64,000 nucleotides of DNA from Aequoribacter sp. (GTDB taxonomy: Bacteria > Pseudomonadota > Gammaproteobacteria > Pseudomonadales > Halieaceae): the NCBI RefSeq assembly GCF_049615385.1, contig NZ_JBMZFL010000009.1. One strand, written 5' to 3'. The notes beneath the pieces were generated by a model. That model searched no databases. It was given only the letters and a program-made list of their open reading frames with translations, and was not told the DNA's origin. Shown one piece after another: positions 1 to 10,443 of the stretch (its first letter is position 1; each line of letters opens with the position of its first letter). The translations under genes and the position numbers were made by a program.

Positions 1-4
1 GGTG

Positions 5-1663
5 TTAGTGAGATGTTGCATAGACAGCCTCTTTAAAAGGATCAATTCCAATTCGGTCGTACGTTTGTAGGAAGCTCTCTTCGTCTAAACGTTCTTTGAC
101 ATAAACATTCAAAATCTTTGCGATTACATCGGGCATATCCTCCGCGCCAAAGGAGGGGCCGAGGATTTTGCCAATCGATGCTTCCCGGCCTTGGCGGCCA
201 CCAAGGGCCACTTGGTAGAACTCGCGCCCTTTTTTATCAACACCTAAAATGCCGATGTGGCCAATATGATGGTGGCCGCAGGCGTTCATACAGCCGCTGA
301 TATTCAGTTCAATCTGCCCTAAATCGTAGACGTAATCGAGGTCATCGAACCGTGCTTGAATGGCTTGTGCGATGGGTATCGATTTGGCGTTTGCCAGAGA
401 ACAAAAGTCACCCCCAGGGCAGCAGATCATATCGTGTAATGTACCGATCACGGGTGCGGCTAGCTCATGTATCTGCAGTGCTTGCCACAGCTCGTAGAGT
501 TGACTTTGTGGGACATCAGCAAGCACGATATTTTGTTGGTGCGTTGTTCTCAATTCTCCAAAGCTGTAGCGATCGGCCAGTTGGGCAAGTGCGTCTAGCT
601 GCATGTGAGTAACGTCGCCTGGAGCTATACCCGCACTTTTCAGAGCGATGTTGACGATGCGATATCCTGGCTGGCGATGTGCGAGGGTGTTTTTCTCGAA
701 CCAACGCGCGAAAAGACGATTCTCGTTCAGTCGTGCCTCCAGCTCTGCCGGTACCTGGGAGTCAAAGGATTGGTAGTCGGGTGCTGAGAAACACGAACTC
801 ACCCGCGCCAGCTCGGACTCAGTGATTTGTAACTCGGATTGTTTTTTTAAATCCCACTGCGCGTCAACCTTGGCGCCGAATGCTTCGACGCCCATCGCTT
901 TAGCAAGAATCTTTATGCGCGCTTTGTATTTGTTGTCACGCCGCCCGAACTGGTTGTAGACCCGGACGACGGCCTCGAGATAGCTGATCAGGTCTTCAGC
1001 AGGGAGATTGGCCTTGAGTAATGAGCCGATAATGGGAGTCCGACCCAGGCCACCACCGACGTAAACATCGGCGACCACGTCTTGATCATAGCGTTTTAAC
1101 TCGATGCCGACGTCATGCGCCAGAATGGCCGCGCGATCGGTGGCATTGGCGGAAATAGCGATCTTAAACTTACGCGGCAAAAAGGCGAACTCGGGATGCA
1201 ATGTACTCCATTGGCGCAAGATCTCGCAGTAAGGCCGAGGGTCGAGCTGTTCGCCGTCTATCACACCGGCGAATTGATCGGTGGTAATATTTCGAATGCA
1301 GTTTCCACTGGTCTGAATTGCGTGCATTTGTACTTTTGCGAGGTCGGCCAATATGTCGGGGACTCGCTCTAACTCAGGCCAGTTAATTTGTATGTTCTGG
1401 CGCGTACTGATGTGTGCGTAACCGCGATCGTACCTGCGGGTGATCTCTGCGATTGCCCGCAGCTGACCACTGCTGATCATTCCGTAAGGTACAGCAATAC
1501 GCAGCATGGGGGCGTGCCGTTGAATGTACAGCCCATTTTGCAATCGCAAGGGTTGATATTCCTCAGCACTGAGTGCACCGCTCAAGAAGCGCTGAGTTTG
1601 ATCTCTAAATTGCGCCACCCGCTGGTCAACGATTGCTTGATCGTAGTGATCGTATTGGTACAT
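5..1663 (-). CDS. cysI: Sulfite reductase hemoprotein (siroheme/[4Fe-4S] nitrite/sulfite reductase family, Pseudomonas-type CysI)
   Basis: 552-aa ORF. Duplicated nitrite/sulfite reductase fold. C-terminal cluster/siroheme cysteines (CCPGGDFCSLANA ... SGCMNACGHHH). Same length as the Pseudomonas CysI type. Stop codon lies at the window edge. Confidence 0.9.
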   Translation of the reverse strand: MYQYDHYDQAIVDQRVAQFRDQTQRFLSGALSAEEYQPLRLQNGLYIQRHAPMLRIAVPYGMISSGQLRAIAEITRRYDRGYAHISTRQNIQINWPELERVPDILADLAKVQMHAIQTSGNCIRNITTDQFAGVIDGEQLDPRPYCEILRQWSTLHPEFAFLPRKFKIAISANATDRAAILAHDVGIELKRYDQDVVADVYVGGGLGRTPIIGSLLKANLPAEDLISYLEAVVRVYNQFGRRDNKYKARIKILAKAMGVEAFGAKVDAQWDLKKQSELQITESELARVSSCFSAPDYQSFDSQVPAELEARLNENRLFARWFEKNTLAHRQPGYRIVNIALKSAGIAPGDVTHMQLDALAQLADRYSFGELRTTHQQNIVLADVPQSQLYELWQALQIHELAAPVIGTLHDMICCPGGDFCSLANAKSIPIAQAIQARFDDLDYVYDLGQIELNISGCMNACGHHHIGHIGILGVDKKGREFYQVALGGRQGREASIGKILGPSFGAEDMPDVIAKILNVYVKERLDEESFLQTYDRIGIDPFKEAVYATSH

Positions 1664-1823
1664 GCTCGATATCCACTTATAAGCTGAGGTGCGGACTCTA
1701 GCAAAGAATTGAACGGGTGAATTAGTTTAGTTTTTTCTATGCTTAGAACCGTTTTGTAGCAGTAGTCAGTGATAGCTGAAAACCCTATAATGTTGGCTCT
1801 AATGTTTATTCGTGGAGAAGACG

Positions 1824-1937
1824 ATGTCTGATATGGAAAGAGAAGAGGACGGGCGCGCTGACGCAGTAGCAGCGACGGCAATCATCGGTTTAGTGGTGTT
1901 TGCTTTGTATATGTGGCTGTCAGGAATGCCTTCGTGA
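1824..1937 (+). CDS. Candidate 37-aa small membrane peptide (MSDMEREEDGRADAVAATAIIGLVVFALYMWLSGMPS)
   Basis: ATG at 1824 preceded by GGAGAAG (1814-1820). Acidic N-terminus followed by one hydrophobic helix. TGA at 1935-1937. Too short for the ORF track, and no homology could be assessed. Confidence 0.25.
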   Translation: MSDMEREEDGRADAVAATAIIGLVVFALYMWLSGMPS

Positions 1938-1951
1938 TACCGCGCGTTTGG

Positions 1952-2188
1952 CTAGCGCCCAGCGCTAGCCAAAACCATCTGCACTACACCGTAAACACCG
2001 CCGATAAAAATAACGGTAAAGATAAGCCCAGCGAAGAAAAAAGTCTTAGCACTCCCCTGGTTGAAATCACGCTCTCTATTTTTGCTACTTTGCACGCCTA
2101 AACCTGCCGCAAAAACGCTTTTTACGATTTCCCACAAGCCCATTTTATTGTTCTGTTCTGTTGTGTTTTCCTGATCTGTCACGTGCAT
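1952..2188 (-). CDS. DUF2970-like small membrane protein
   Basis: Motif GLGVQSSKNRERDF followed by a hydrophobic helix (FFFAGLIFTVIFIGGVYGVV), as I recall for DUF2970. Lies 4 nt downstream of metH. The true start may be the internal MGLWEIV (about 2143). Confidence 0.6.
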   Translation of the reverse strand: MHVTDQENTTEQNNKMGLWEIVKSVFAAGLGVQSSKNRERDFNQGSAKTFFFAGLIFTVIFIGGVYGVVQMVLASAGR

Positions 2189-2191
2189 TCC

Positions 2192-5100
2192 TTATTTATA
2201 AGCCAGATTGGGGCGTAACCATTGCTCAATTGTGGCGACACTTTGTTCTTTACGCAATGCCAAACTCTCGACTTGCTCTTTAGATATTTTGCCGACATTG
2301 AAATAGCGCGTTTCCGGGTTGGCAAAATAATAGCCGCTGACTGCAGCCGTTGGCGTCATCGCATAGCTGTCTGTTAACTCAACACCGCATAGTTCTGTTG
2401 CGTTAAGCAAACGAAATAGGGTGTCTTTCTCTGAGTGATCAGGGCAGGCTGGATAGCCAGGCGCTGGCCGGATACCTTGATACTGTTCTTTTATCAGCTG
2501 CGCATTATCCAGATCTTCATTAGGTGCATAGGCCCACAGTGTCTTGCGGACGTGCTGATGCATATACTCGGCCAGCGCTTCAGCTAATCGATCGGCTAGA
2601 GCCTTAATCATAATGCTGTTGTAGTCGTCGCCGTCGGCCTCGTATGCTTTAGCTCGCTCATCAATGCCGTGTCCGGTCGTCACACAAAATCCGCCCAGAT
2701 AGTCGTGTAAATCATTGCCTTGGGGCGGGAGAAAATCCGCGAGCGAATAGGTCGGCTTGCTATCGTTACCCGGGTTTGCCTGCTGCCGAACTTGATGCAA
2801 TACCTCCTGGACTTGTGTACGGGTGTCGTCGGTAAAGATGAGGATATCATCACCCCGACTCGAGGCTGGCCAAAACCCCACGACCGCCTTGCCTGTACTC
2901 CATTGTTCTCGAACCATTTGCTCCAGCATGGCTCTAGCGTCTTGATAAAGCAGCGTCGCTTGTTCGCCGACGATCTCATCGTCCAGTATAGCCGGGAATT
3001 TGCCGGCCAGCTCCCAAGTCAAAAAGAAGGGCGTCCAGTCGATGTAGGGCACCAAATCTGCGAGTGGGACTTCTATGGCTTGTGTGCCAAGGCACCTTGG
3101 CTTGGTCGGTGCGTACTCAGCCCAATTAGGTTGGAAGCGACGTTTCAGTGCTTCCGAATACGTCAAAGCAGGTTTTAGGGGCTTGCGGTTAGCAACACGT
3201 TCCCGAACGATCTCGTATTCCTGCGCTAGATTCTGCTGGAAAGAAGGCTTTTGTTCGCCGAGTAAGGCGGTTGCGACGGATACGCTGCGTGAAGCATCGG
3301 GAACGTAGACCGCAACATCGTTTTGATACTGCGGTGCAATCTTAACGGCTGTGTGCGCTTTTGATGTCGTGGCGCCACCGATCATCAGAGGAATATTGAA
3401 GCCTTGCCGCTGCATTTCAGAGGCTACGTGGGCCATTTCATCTAAGGAGGGCGTGATGAGTCCGCTCAGACCGATAATGTCGACCTGATGTTCTCTGGCG
3501 GCTTGAAGGATGGTTTCGCAATGCACCATGACGCCTAAATCAATGACTTCGAAGTTGTTGCACTGCAGAACTACACCTACAATATTTTTGCCAATATCGT
3601 GGACATCGCCTTTGACGGTAGCCATTAATATTTTGCCGTTGCTACCGCTACCCTCGGTTTTTTCCGCTTCAATAAAAGGCTGCAGGTAGGCGACAGCTTG
3701 CTTCATGACTCGTGCGCTTTTCACGACTTGTGGCAAAAACATTTTGCCCTCGCCAAACAAATCGCCCACGACATTCATGCCGTCCATTAAGGGGCCCTCG
3801 ATCACCTCGATGGGGCGGCTGAAAGCCTGGCGTGCCTCTTCGGCATCCTCAATAACGTAAGTATTAATACCCTTAACGAGTGCGTGTTCGATACGCTTGG
3901 CAACGGGCCATGTGCGCCATTCTAGATCCTCGACCTTCTTTGTCGCTGCACCATCACCACGATATTCTTCGGCGATATCCAGAAGTCGCTCAGTGGCATC
4001 GTCTCGTCGATTTAAGATAACGTCCTCGACGGCTTCTTTCAGCGCGGCGGGTAGCTCGTCGTAGACGGCCAGTTGCCCGGCGTTGACGATTCCCATATCT
4101 AGCCCGGCTTTAATCGCGTGGAACAAGAAAACTGAGTGGATAGCTTCACGAACAGGGTTATTACCCCGGAACGAGAACGAAACGTTACTCACACCCCCAG
4201 ATACCATGGCGCCCGGCAGGTTTTGTTTGATCCAGCGTGTAGCCTCGATAAAATCTACAGCGTAGTTGTTGTGCTCGTCGATACCCGTTGCAACTGCAAA
4301 GATATTGGGGTCAAAAATGATGTCGTTTGGATTGAAGCCCAGCTCTTCGGTCAACAGGGTATAGGAACGCTGACAGATTTCTGTCTTGCGCTCGAAGGTG
4401 TCTGCTTGGCCATCTTGGTCAAATGCCATCACGACAACAGCGGCACCAAAGCGCTGACACAAACGGGCTTTTTCTAGGAAATCAGCAACACCTTCTTTCA
4501 GACTGATTGAGTTGACGATGCATTTTCCTTGCACACATTTTAGGCCCGCTTCGATTGCATCCCAGCGAGATGAGTCAAGCATAAACGGGACTCGGCTGAT
4601 TTCGGGCTCGGAAGCCGCCAAATTCAAAAAGGTCACCATGGCTTTTTGAGCGTCGAGCATGCCCTCATCCATGTTGATGTCGATGATTTGCGCCCCGTCT
4701 TCGACTTGGGTTCGCGCTACAGCCAGAGCATCTTCATACTGCTCGTTGATAATGAGACGTTTAAACGCCGCCGACCCGGTGACGTTGCAACGCTCGCCAA
4801 CGTTGACAAACAGAGACTCCGCCGTAATGTTGAACGGTTCAAGTCCACTTAAATAGCAACCGGGGTCGAGTTTTGGCAGCTCTCTAGGTTTGGTTGAGCC
4901 AACCGCCTCAGCGATTGCTTTGATATGCTCGGGCCGAGTACCACAGCATCCGCCAACAAGATTCAAAAAACCGCGCTGAGCAAAATCTTGAAGATCAGCA
5001 AACATGTCTTCGGGTGTTTCATCATATTCGCCGAACGCGTTGGGAAGACCGGCATTAAAATGACCGCTGAAATAGCAATCCGCGGCCTTGGCTAGGGCTT

Positions 5101-5875
5101 CGACATAAGGGCGTACTTCTTTAAATCGTCGACCACAATTGGTGCCTACAATTAAAGGTTTGGCATGTGCTATGGAGTTCCAAAAGGCTTCAGCGGTTTG
5201 TCCTGATAAAATTCGTCCGCTTGTGTCGGGGAACGTGACAGAGAGCATGACAGGGCGTTTGATGCCGGTCACGTCAAAGGCGTCCTCCACCGCAAACAAT
5301 GCGGCTTTGGCATTTAAGGTATCAAAGATCGTCTCGATCATAATGATATCGACACCTTCCTCGAGCAGTGCGATAGCAGCTACACGGTAATCCTGCACTA
5401 AACTGTCAAAATCGATATTTCGAGCACCGGGGTCGTTGACATCTGGCGAGATAGAGGCCGTGCGGGGTGTCGGCCCAAGAACTCCAGCGACATAGCGCGG
5501 CTTGTCGGGTGTGAGGACGCTGTAATGGTCCGCAGCTGTGCGAGCAAGTCGCGCCGCAGCACGATTGAGTTCGTCGGCCAAAGATTCTAGGCCGTAGTCG
5601 CTTTGAGCCACCGCTGTGGAGTTGAAACTGTTGGTCTCGATGAGATCCGCGCCCGCCTCAAGAAACGCCTTGTGAATGTCGATGATAAGATCGGGACGCG
5701 TCAGGCAAAGTAGGTCGTTATTGCCTTTTAGGTCACCGTTGAAGTCAGCGAAGCGCGAGCCTCGATAGTCGGCCTCTGCTAGCTTGTAACCTTGAATCAT
5801 CGTACCCATAGCGCCATCGATGATAAGGATGCGTTCTTGTAAGGCTTGTTCTAGAGTAGGGCGTTGAATAGGCAT
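2192..5875 (-). CDS. metH: Cobalamin-dependent methionine synthase
   Basis: Hcy-binding, pterin-binding, B12-binding ([11 protein letters not shown]) and AdoMet-activation modules are all present. I chose the start at [10 protein letters not shown]...[13 protein letters not shown] (ATG 5875), giving 1227 aa like E. coli MetH. The ORF-track start at 5977 looks like an upstream extension. Confidence 0.97.
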   Translation of the reverse strand: MPIQRPTLEQALQERILIIDGAMGTMIQGYKLAEADYRGSRFADFNGDLKGNNDLLCLTRPDLIIDIHKAFLEAGADLIETNSFNSTAVAQSDYGLESLADELNRAAARLARTAADHYSVLTPDKPRYVAGVLGPTPRTASISPDVNDPGARNIDFDSLVQDYRVAAIALLEEGVDIIMIETIFDTLNAKAALFAVEDAFDVTGIKRPVMLSVTFPDTSGRILSGQTAEAFWNSIAHAKPLIVGTNCGRRFKEVRPYVEALAKAADCYFSGHFNAGLPNAFGEYDETPEDMFADLQDFAQRGFLNLVGGCCGTRPEHIKAIAEAVGSTKPRELPKLDPGCYLSGLEPFNITAESLFVNVGERCNVTGSAAFKRLIINEQYEDALAVARTQVEDGAQIIDINMDEGMLDAQKAMVTFLNLAASEPEISRVPFMLDSSRWDAIEAGLKCVQGKCIVNSISLKEGVADFLEKARLCQRFGAAVVVMAFDQDGQADTFERKTEICQRSYTLLTEELGFNPNDIIFDPNIFAVATGIDEHNNYAVDFIEATRWIKQNLPGAMVSGGVSNVSFSFRGNNPVREAIHSVFLFHAIKAGLDMGIVNAGQLAVYDELPAALKEAVEDVILNRRDDATERLLDIAEEYRGDGAATKKVEDLEWRTWPVAKRIEHALVKGINTYVIEDAEEARQAFSRPIEVIEGPLMDGMNVVGDLFGEGKMFLPQVVKSARVMKQAVAYLQPFIEAEKTEGSGSNGKILMATVKGDVHDIGKNIVGVVLQCNNFEVIDLGVMVHCETILQAAREHQVDIIGLSGLITPSLDEMAHVASEMQRQGFNIPLMIGGATTSKAHTAVKIAPQYQNDVAVYVPDASRSVSVATALLGEQKPSFQQNLAQEYEIVRERVANRKPLKPALTYSEALKRRFQPNWAEYAPTKPRCLGTQAIEVPLADLVPYIDWTPFFLTWELAGKFPAILDDEIVGEQATLLYQDARAMLEQMVREQWSTGKAVVGFWPASSRGDDILIFTDDTRTQVQEVLHQVRQQANPGNDSKPTYSLADFLPPQGNDLHDYLGGFCVTTGHGIDERAKAYEADGDDYNSIMIKALADRLAEALAEYMHQHVRKTLWAYAPNEDLDNAQLIKEQYQGIRPAPGYPACPDHSEKDTLFRLLNATELCGVELTDSYAMTPTAAVSGYYFANPETRYFNVGKISKEQVESLALRKEQSVATIEQWLRPNLAYK

Positions 5876-6033
5876 GTCGAACTCGTCTAATGATACGACG
5901 CGGAGTCTACCAGATTTGACTGTGTGATGGACGGTCGAATCGTAATATTTAGCGCGACGCAACAAGTTTTGTTCCAATTTTATCGGGCTTCTTGCTAAAA
6001 TACCTGAGTAATTTGCTAAGGATAACCAGCTGT

Positions 6034-6609
6034 ATGTTTACGATCACTGAATCGGCCCAGAATTACCTTGCCGAGTTGCTCTCAAAGCAAGACGGCGTAT
6101 TAGGCGTTCGCGTTTTTATCAATCAGCCAGGCACGCCTAAAGCTGAGACCTGCATTGCCTACTGCCGCGAAGACGACATCAAGGAGGGCGATGAAGACCG
6201 GCGTTTTGGTCCGATTACTGCTTTCATCGAAAGTCGTAGCGTGCCATTTTTGGAAGACGCACTGGTCGATTACAATAAAGACCGTATGGGCGGCCAGCTC
6301 ACCATCAAGGCTCCTAATGCCAAACTGCCCAGGGTAAGCGATGACAGTCCCATTGAGGACCGTATCAACTACATTTTGTACAACGAGGTGAATCCTGCGT
6401 TGGCCGCGCACGGCGGTGAAGTGTCGCTTGTCGAAATCACAGAGGACCAAATTGCGATTTTGCAGTTCGGTGGCGGTTGCCAGGGCTGTGGTATGGTAGA
6501 CCAGACTTTAAAGGGCGGTGTTGAAAAAAGTCTTTTGGAACAAGTTCCGGAACTTAAGGGCGTTCGCGACGTGACAGACCACTCGGATCGTTCCCAGGCT
6601 TACTATTGA
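6034..6609 (+). CDS. nfuA: Fe-S cluster biogenesis protein NfuA
   Basis: [12 protein letters not shown]... degenerate A-type N-domain plus Nfu C-domain with GGCQGCG. ATG at 6034 gives 191 aa. The TTG at 5992 is probably an artefactual extension. Confidence 0.93.
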   Translation: MFTITESAQNYLAELLSKQDGVLGVRVFINQPGTPKAETCIAYCREDDIKEGDEDRRFGPITAFIESRSVPFLEDALVDYNKDRMGGQLTIKAPNAKLPRVSDDSPIEDRINYILYNEVNPALAAHGGEVSLVEITEDQIAILQFGGGCQGCGMVDQTLKGGVEKSLLEQVPELKGVRDVTDHSDRSQAYY

Positions 6610-6630
6610 GTATTAGCCTGTCGTAGTACT

Positions 6631-6664
6631 AAGACGGGGCGATATGAGTCGCCCCGTCTTTTTT
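6631..6664. terminator. Rho-independent terminator between convergent nfuA and the DAHP synthase gene
   Basis: Perfect 12-bp stem AAGACGGGGCGA / TCGCCCCGTCTT with a 6-nt loop (6631-6660), followed by a T-run. Sits 22 nt after the nfuA stop and abuts the stop of the minus-strand gene. Confidence 0.7.
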
Positions 6665-7742
6665 AGTTCGCTGATCGACGGCCAGGGAGGGTGCTTTTGA
6701 TCATTTCGCGCAGATTGAGCAGAGCTGTCTCGGTCGTTTCCCAATCGATGCAACCATCGGTAATCGATACCCCGTATTCCAGTTGGCTTAAGTCGTCCGG
6801 CATGCTCTGATTGCCAGCTTTGATGTGACTCTCGATCATCAATCCCGTGATCGATTCGTTTCCATCTGCAATCTGGTGGCCAATGTTTTCGAGTACTAAG
6901 GGTTGCAGTTCCGGCTTTTTGCTGGAATTCGCATGACTGCAGTCGATCATGATGTTGCGTGGCAGTCCGGCCTTCTCTAGCGCTTGCTCTACCAAAGCAA
7001 CATGTACCGAGTCGTAGTTTGGGCCGTCACTCCCGCCGCGCAGAACTACGTGGGCGTAGGGATTGCCAGAGGTGGTGATAACAGACACGCGCCCGTCGCC
7101 CGATAGACCGAGAAAACGGTGAGGTTTAGCAGCAGACTTGATGGCATTGGTGGCGACCTCGATACCGCCGTCAGTACCATTTTTGAAGCCTACAGGGCTG
7201 CTGAGACCGCTGGCCATTTCTCGGTGGGTCTGTGATTCGGTTGTGCGAGCACCAATAGCCGACCAAGAAATTAAGTCCTGCAGATACTGCGGGGAGATTG
7301 GGTCGAGTGCCTCTGTCGCTGTGGGTAGGCCAGATTCTAGTATGTCTAACAACAACTTACGACCAATTTTTAATCCATCTTCTATAGCAAACGAGTCGTC
7401 CAGATACGGGTCATTGATTAAACCTTTCCAGCCCACCGTTGTGCGCGGCTTTTCGAAATAAACACGCATGACAATGTAAAGTGTATCGGATACCTCATTC
7501 GATAGCGCCTTTAGGCGCGTTGCATAGTCTAAGGCCGCTTTGGTGTCATGGATTGAGCAGGGCCCAACGACGACGAATAAGCGTTGATCCTTACCATCGA
7601 GTATATCTCTAATGATCTGGCGAGACTCGGCAACTTGCGCATAGGCCGCCTCTGACGCGGGCACGGATTTTTTAAGATCCTGTGGTGTAATCAGAAGACT
7701 TTGTGATTCGATATTGATATCTTGAATAGCAACTTTTTTCAT
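6663..7742 (-). CDS. 3-deoxy-7-phosphoheptulonate (DAHP) synthase, class I (AroF/G/H type)
   Basis: MKKVAIQDINI...LFVVVGPCSIHD...KPRTTVGWKGL...IMIDCSHANS motifs. Start chosen at ATG 7742 (359 aa). The ORF-track N-terminal 61 aa has no family counterpart. Confidence 0.93.
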   Translation of the reverse strand: MKKVAIQDINIESQSLLITPQDLKKSVPASEAAYAQVAESRQIIRDILDGKDQRLFVVVGPCSIHDTKAALDYATRLKALSNEVSDTLYIVMRVYFEKPRTTVGWKGLINDPYLDDSFAIEDGLKIGRKLLLDILESGLPTATEALDPISPQYLQDLISWSAIGARTTESQTHREMASGLSSPVGFKNGTDGGIEVATNAIKSAAKPHRFLGLSGDGRVSVITTSGNPYAHVVLRGGSDGPNYDSVHVALVEQALEKAGLPRNIMIDCSHANSSKKPELQPLVLENIGHQIADGNESITGLMIESHIKAGNQSMPDDLSQLEYGVSITDGCIDWETTETALLNLREMIKSTLPGRRSAN

Positions 7743-7851
7743 GAAACAAACCCGGTGTACACAGAGGTGCACTCTTTGATGTATTAAGGGCGCGAATTCT
7801 ACCGATTTACTGCACCGAAGGGTAGTCTGGCGGCCGTGTCGAGGCGAATAG

Positions 7852-10443
7852 ATGTTAAAGCCACTGTATGACATTGATGTGATACTGCCTTTCGTGAGTG
7901 CAAATTCGATTATTGTGACACCCAATGAGCGCTTGACTCGCGCGATCAGCCACGCTTACGACGCGTATCAGGCTGATCAGGGCTTGGAAGCTTGGGCTAA
8001 GATTTCGGTCATTTCGCTTAATCGTTTATTTGAACGCTGGCTCGATGAAGGTCGGCTCACACCTTGCTTGAAGCCTCAGCAAGCTCAGTACTTGTGGGAG
8101 CAAATAATTCGCGGCAGCATGCCCGATGACCACATAACGGGTTGGTTGAATCCCAAAGCTTTGGCGCTAGAGGGCTATAAGGCCTACGAATTGATCTATC
8201 ACTACCAGCTGCGAGAGGATCAGAGTTTTGCGAGCGCGATGGCTGCAGATCCTGACAGCGCGACTTTTTATGAATGGTTGCAGAGCTTTGAGCAGGACAT
8301 CATCAAGCACGGCTGGGTGACGCAAGCCCAACAATGGCAAGCACTTGCGTCGTGTCAGTGCAAACTTGCCGCCGATGTAATCATGGTCGATTTTGATACG
8401 CTTACACCGCTGCAGCGGGCGGCTTGTGAGCGTGTTAGCGAGCGGGTACAGTTTATTCGATCAGCCTCGCCGCAGAGTATCGACACTGCGAAGACCTCAG
8501 TATATGCGTTCCAAGATGCTGATGAACAGCTTCGGTGGGTCGCGGCTTGGGCGAAAGAGCATTATGAAACCAAGCAGCGCGAGCGCTTAGGCATCGTGGT
8601 CCCGGATTTGAACACTCATCGACAGAGACTGGAATATCATCTGCGCCAGGCATTTGGGTTAGAACACAGCGACTATACAAGTCTGCCCGTGAATTTTTCT
8701 GCCGGTATGGCTGCCTCTCAAGTTCCCCTTATCGATGCCGCTGTCAGTGTTTTGAAACTTGCTCTGGGTCGACTTAGGCCGTCCGAACTGCTGGCTCTAG
8801 CGCGCTCGCCTTACGTCTCATTGTGCGTTACGCACCATGACTTCAGGGCGCTGCGCAAGGCGCTGTACGATCTCGCTCCCGCGAAGCTTGGACACTCTGA
8901 ATTGCTGCTAATTTTGGAGCATATGTCAAAAGAAGTTCCAGACTCGGCGCTTTCTAGGTGGTTGCTTACCAATCGCTTAGATTCAAAAGGCGCGACATGC
9001 TTGGAGCACGTGAGACGCTGGGAGCACTCTCTCGAGGCTGCGGGCTGGCCGGGCAAGCGGGGTCTGGATAGTGTTGAGTACCAAGCGTTCAAGCTTTGGC
9101 AACGCACGCTTCGAGATCTGGTCAGCTGGGATGGCTTGAGGCCAAAATGGGCCGCAAGCGACGCTCTGACGCTGTTGGAATCAAGCCTGACAAACAGTGT
9201 GTTCCAACCTGAAACACCAGACCAGAATATTCAAGTGCTGGGGACCTTGGAAGCGGCTGGACTGTGTTTCGACCAGCTTATCGTCACGGATGCTGTGGCT
9301 GGGCATTTTCCAGAACGAATCGCTTTATCCCCGTTTTTACCCAAACACCTCCAGCGTCAATACAAGATGCCCCGCGCTAATGAGGATCAAGAATATCAGT
9401 TAGCGAAGAGCTTGCTTGAAGGCATGGCAGCGCGGAGCCAGGCTATACAGTTTAGCTATGTGGCCCTCGCCGACGAGAGTAAAGTCGCTGTAACGCCGCT
9501 ATTAAGTCAGCTAGAGCAGAGCTTCCCTGTCGTCGCTGAACTAGACCGCCCGGTAATACCGGGCGTTTGGTCGATGATGTTCGAGTCGCGCGGCTTGACT
9601 CTGTCCACGCCGCAAAGTGATTTGAGGGGCGGAGCCTATCGTTTGGGCATGCACGCACTGTGCCCGATGCAGGCCTACAGTCGTTATCGGCTCGATATTC
9701 CCGAGGAGGCCAACCTCGAGGACGGTTTGAGCGCAAAAGAGCAGGGGCTGGTATTACACAAATCAATGGAACTGCTGTGGCGGGGCAAAAACCGTCTTGA
9801 ACAAGTGAATTCAGAAGACATCGCTCCCGCAGTGACCGGGGCCTTAAAAAGTATCAGCAGGGCTCGTCAGGTGCTACTGCCTGATCTTGCGCTTCAGGCG
9901 GAGCAGCTTCGATTGGAAACGGCGATTCGTCTTTGGTTGGAGTTGGAGTCGCAAAGAGCACCCTTTAATGTGCTTGAGCATGAACGCAAAGCTGAGTTGA
10001 ATTTGAATGGATGGAGATTCTCGTTTCGACTGGATCGACTCGATGCTCTAGCGGATGACCATTTTGTGATCATAGATTATAAAAGCACGGCACCGAGCAC
10101 CAGCACCTGGTTCGGCGATCGCTTAGAGCAAGCCCAATTGCCGCTGTATGCGCTAGCCCTGGGTGAGCACGCCAAAGGTATAGCTTACGGGCAAATTTCT
10201 TCGACAAAGCTAGCAAAATTTGTGGGTGCAGGCCAACAAGGGTTCGGCAAGGGTATCAAAGTTATCGAGAATTGGGGGGAGCAGAAGGAGTTCTGGGAGC
10301 GGGCTTTACTCGATTTGATCGATGAATTAGAGGCGGGCGAGGCTTCTGTACTTCCCTCGACGAGGGCCTGTCGATACTGTGACTTCGCCGCAATATGTCG
10401 GGTCCAGCTGGCTGACGACGAAGAGGAAGGCACTGATGAGTGA
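7852..10443 (+). CDS. addB: AddB-like PD-(D/E)XK nuclease subunit with iron-staple cysteines and degenerate helicase motifs
   Basis: C-terminal RecB-family nuclease motif (FRLDRLD...VIIDYKS). Four cysteines: C604 (HALCPMQ) plus C840/C843/C849 (CRYCDFAAIC, CX2CX5C). No GxGK[ST] Walker A visible. Overlaps the downstream helicase gene by 8 nt. Confidence 0.75.
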   Translation: MLKPLYDIDVILPFVSANSIIVTPNERLTRAISHAYDAYQADQGLEAWAKISVISLNRLFERWLDEGRLTPCLKPQQAQYLWEQIIRGSMPDDHITGWLNPKALALEGYKAYELIYHYQLREDQSFASAMAADPDSATFYEWLQSFEQDIIKHGWVTQAQQWQALASCQCKLAADVIMVDFDTLTPLQRAACERVSERVQFIRSASPQSIDTAKTSVYAFQDADEQLRWVAAWAKEHYETKQRERLGIVVPDLNTHRQRLEYHLRQAFGLEHSDYTSLPVNFSAGMAASQVPLIDAAVSVLKLALGRLRPSELLALARSPYVSLCVTHHDFRALRKALYDLAPAKLGHSELLLILEHMSKEVPDSALSRWLLTNRLDSKGATCLEHVRRWEHSLEAAGWPGKRGLDSVEYQAFKLWQRTLRDLVSWDGLRPKWAASDALTLLESSLTNSVFQPETPDQNIQVLGTLEAAGLCFDQLIVTDAVAGHFPERIALSPFLPKHLQRQYKMPRANEDQEYQLAKSLLEGMAARSQAIQFSYVALADESKVAVTPLLSQLEQSFPVVAELDRPVIPGVWSMMFESRGLTLSTPQSDLRGGAYRLGMHALCPMQAYSRYRLDIPEEANLEDGLSAKEQGLVLHKSMELLWRGKNRLEQVNSEDIAPAVTGALKSISRARQVLLPDLALQAEQLRLETAIRLWLELESQRAPFNVLEHERKAELNLNGWRFSFRLDRLDALADDHFVIIDYKSTAPSTSTWFGDRLEQAQLPLYALALGEHAKGIAYGQISSTKLAKFVGAGQQGFGKGIKVIENWGEQKEFWERALLDLIDELEAGEASVLPSTRACRYCDFAAICRVQLADDEEEGTDE

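Noticed and set aside
5876-5977. Long N-terminal extensions in the ORF track: metH to 5977, DAHP synthase to 7925, serS to 36347, meaB to 53063, infA from 42113, nfuA from 5992, small protein to 21302
   Set aside because: In each case an internal start reproduces the canonical family N-terminus and length. The extension either overlaps a neighbouring gene or has no homologous counterpart.
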